A stretch of 64,000 nt of DNA. Source: Chrysomallon squamiferum (taxonomy: Eukaryota; Animalia; Mollusca). Below are positions 62,271 through 64,000 of this stretch, in pieces. The stretch is taken from assembly GCA_012295275.1 (NCBI GenBank), contig CM022669.1, forward strand, positions 13,020,001-13,084,000. The letters run 5' to 3'. Each line of letters starts with the position of its first letter. Position 1 is the first letter of the stretch. The position numbers were made by a program, and so were the translations under genes. A model generated the notes under the pieces. It was not told the origin of the DNA. It was given only the letters and a program-made list of their open reading frames with translations, and did not search any database.

Positions 62271-63214
62271 TCTTAGATACGACAAAGGGTGGTAGTGCCT
62301 TGAAGAGTTTGTGCAACACGTCACAAAGAGATTATATATCGTAGAGTAAGCAGATTTTGATAAGAAAGAATTGTTTTATACGCTGGCTGTACCGATAGAC
62401 TGACTGTGCGTGTGACCCAGACACATCTAATAAAACGCTCGCGAAGTCAATCTGAAATGTGCTTGTTTTTGGCACCGCTTTATTGCTTAATAAACTGTTT
62501 GTTCCGCAAGACGATCTCGTGGACATTGGACCTAAAACGATTATTCCAATTGGTTATTCGTTTTTATGACAAAATAAACAAGAACGTTTAAGATGAACCT
62601 TCAGATCAGATGACAGCGGCCCGAGTCGCAGTGACGGTGACGTGGGCGGAAAGCAAAGTGGGGAGGGGTTCGGGTTTAATCTCAGGGGTGGGGATCAGGG
62701 AATAATTATTTTGTAAATTAATTTTTTAGTTGGTGTTTGAAGACCTGAGCAGCTCAAAAATTCTATAAAAAAAAGTCATCTTTGTTAGGATTTTAGTTTT
62801 TGAAAGAATATTTCGTTTACATGTCGCTTATTTGTAACTGAATACGTGAGATTCAATAAGCACAAAACAGAATACGTGTTAATGTATTATTTAATACCGT
62901 TTTAATAATGATTCAGGAACACTGTCTTTGAGCTGTTAGGTAAGAACTTAATTTGGTTTGTTTTGGGTATTTTGCTTGTTTTTGTTTTCTTTCTGGAAAG
63001 TTATATAACGTTGTCGCTGTAGCTGTCAAAATGTTCTTCTTGTCCCGTCCCTAACGTTTGTCGTCGCAGGTTCTGTTTTCCGTTTTGTACATACGTTGTT
63101 TTGTTACACACAGATCACGTGGTTATTAGTAATGCACGTGACCCTGAAATGGCACAAACAGATTGTTCTTTTTTTTTTTTTTTTTTTCTTTTTTTCTTGC
63201 TGCTTGAAACATAG

Positions 63215-63263
<49 letters not shown>

Positions 63264-63696
63264 TGTTATTTCTTTATTCTGTATATAAATTTAAAATGCT
63301 TATTCTTTCTTCTTATTATTATACTACTACTATTACTACTACTATTATTATTATTATTATACTCTTACTACTACTAATACTACTACTACTACTATTATTA
63401 TTATTATACTCTTACTACTACTACTACTAATACTCTTATTATTATTATTATTATTACTCTGCAATACTACTGTATTCACGAAGTGCTTTGACATCTATCT
63501 TTGTAACAGTTGTGATAAACGTACGTCTGTGTCTGTGTTGTAAATATATATATTTATGCAACCTGTGTCTATGTACTCCGATGTAGTCAAATATGTTCAT
63601 TTTAAAACACCAAAGTGTAGGTACAGAATATTTATTATGTTACCGCTTCATGGATGATTCAGCCCATTGAAAAACATTAACAAGATTGTATGATAT

Positions 63697-63766
63697 TGTA
63701 TTATTCGATTTATCACTGTGTTTGGAAATACTGTATTATTCGACGTATCACTGTTTTTCGAATACT
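63697..63766. repeat. Tandem duplication, 35-bp unit x2
   Basis: TGTATTATTCGA..TATCACTGT.TTT.GAA.TAC at 63697 and 63732. Confidence 0.8.
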
Positions 63767-64000
63767 AGTTAATACATTTGGAGACGGTACATTTTTCAGC
63801 GGTGACCAAATACATGTATTTCTTTCATAGTGTTATGGGGAAAATATTTTGAATACTAACATTTAAATGTCGACATTATTTTTAGGTGTTAAATATATGT
63901 AATTTGATGCATAAATCTAATTTATATTTCATTTTAACATTATTTAATTTAGATATTTGTTAGATTTATTTATTTTTTTTAATTCTTTTTATTCGTAAGC

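Noticed and set aside
63050-63160. CTAAC branch point plus GCAG acceptor suggesting an exon of a downstream gene
   Set aside because: No coding signature or donor follows; unsupported without transcript data.

Overview
AT-rich, microsatellite-dense eukaryotic (animal) genomic DNA. The repeat content and a tRNA-derived SINE family suggest a mollusc (inference). Nearly all ORFs in the supplied track are translations of simple repeats. The window contains one complete, spliced, plus-strand protein-coding gene that I assembled by hand from seven GT-AG, phase-compatible exons: 10226-10277, 33388-33524, 41472-41685, 44461-44490, 56557-56847, 57613-57636 and 58294-58436. The CDS is 891 nt (296 aa) spread over about 48 kb. 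The product is a signal peptide + two Ig domains + a GPI-type hydrophobic tail, i.e. a Dpr/ZIG-8-like neuronal cell-recognition protein. Two exons are frame-preserving micro-exons: 30 nt encoding an ETDKKKKKDL inter-domain linker and 24 nt encoding a juxtamembrane AGTYNVRR. Both are candidates for alternative splicing. Other observations: a possible terminal exon of an upstream gene or paralogue (2331-2397), several decayed SINE copies, a dispersed ~44-bp hairpin repeat, a cluster of YY1/Pho-like motifs in intron 2, and a ~57-bp minisatellite carrying CRE-like motifs downstream of the gene. No prokaryotic systems, CRISPR arrays, rRNA or intact tRNA genes were seen.
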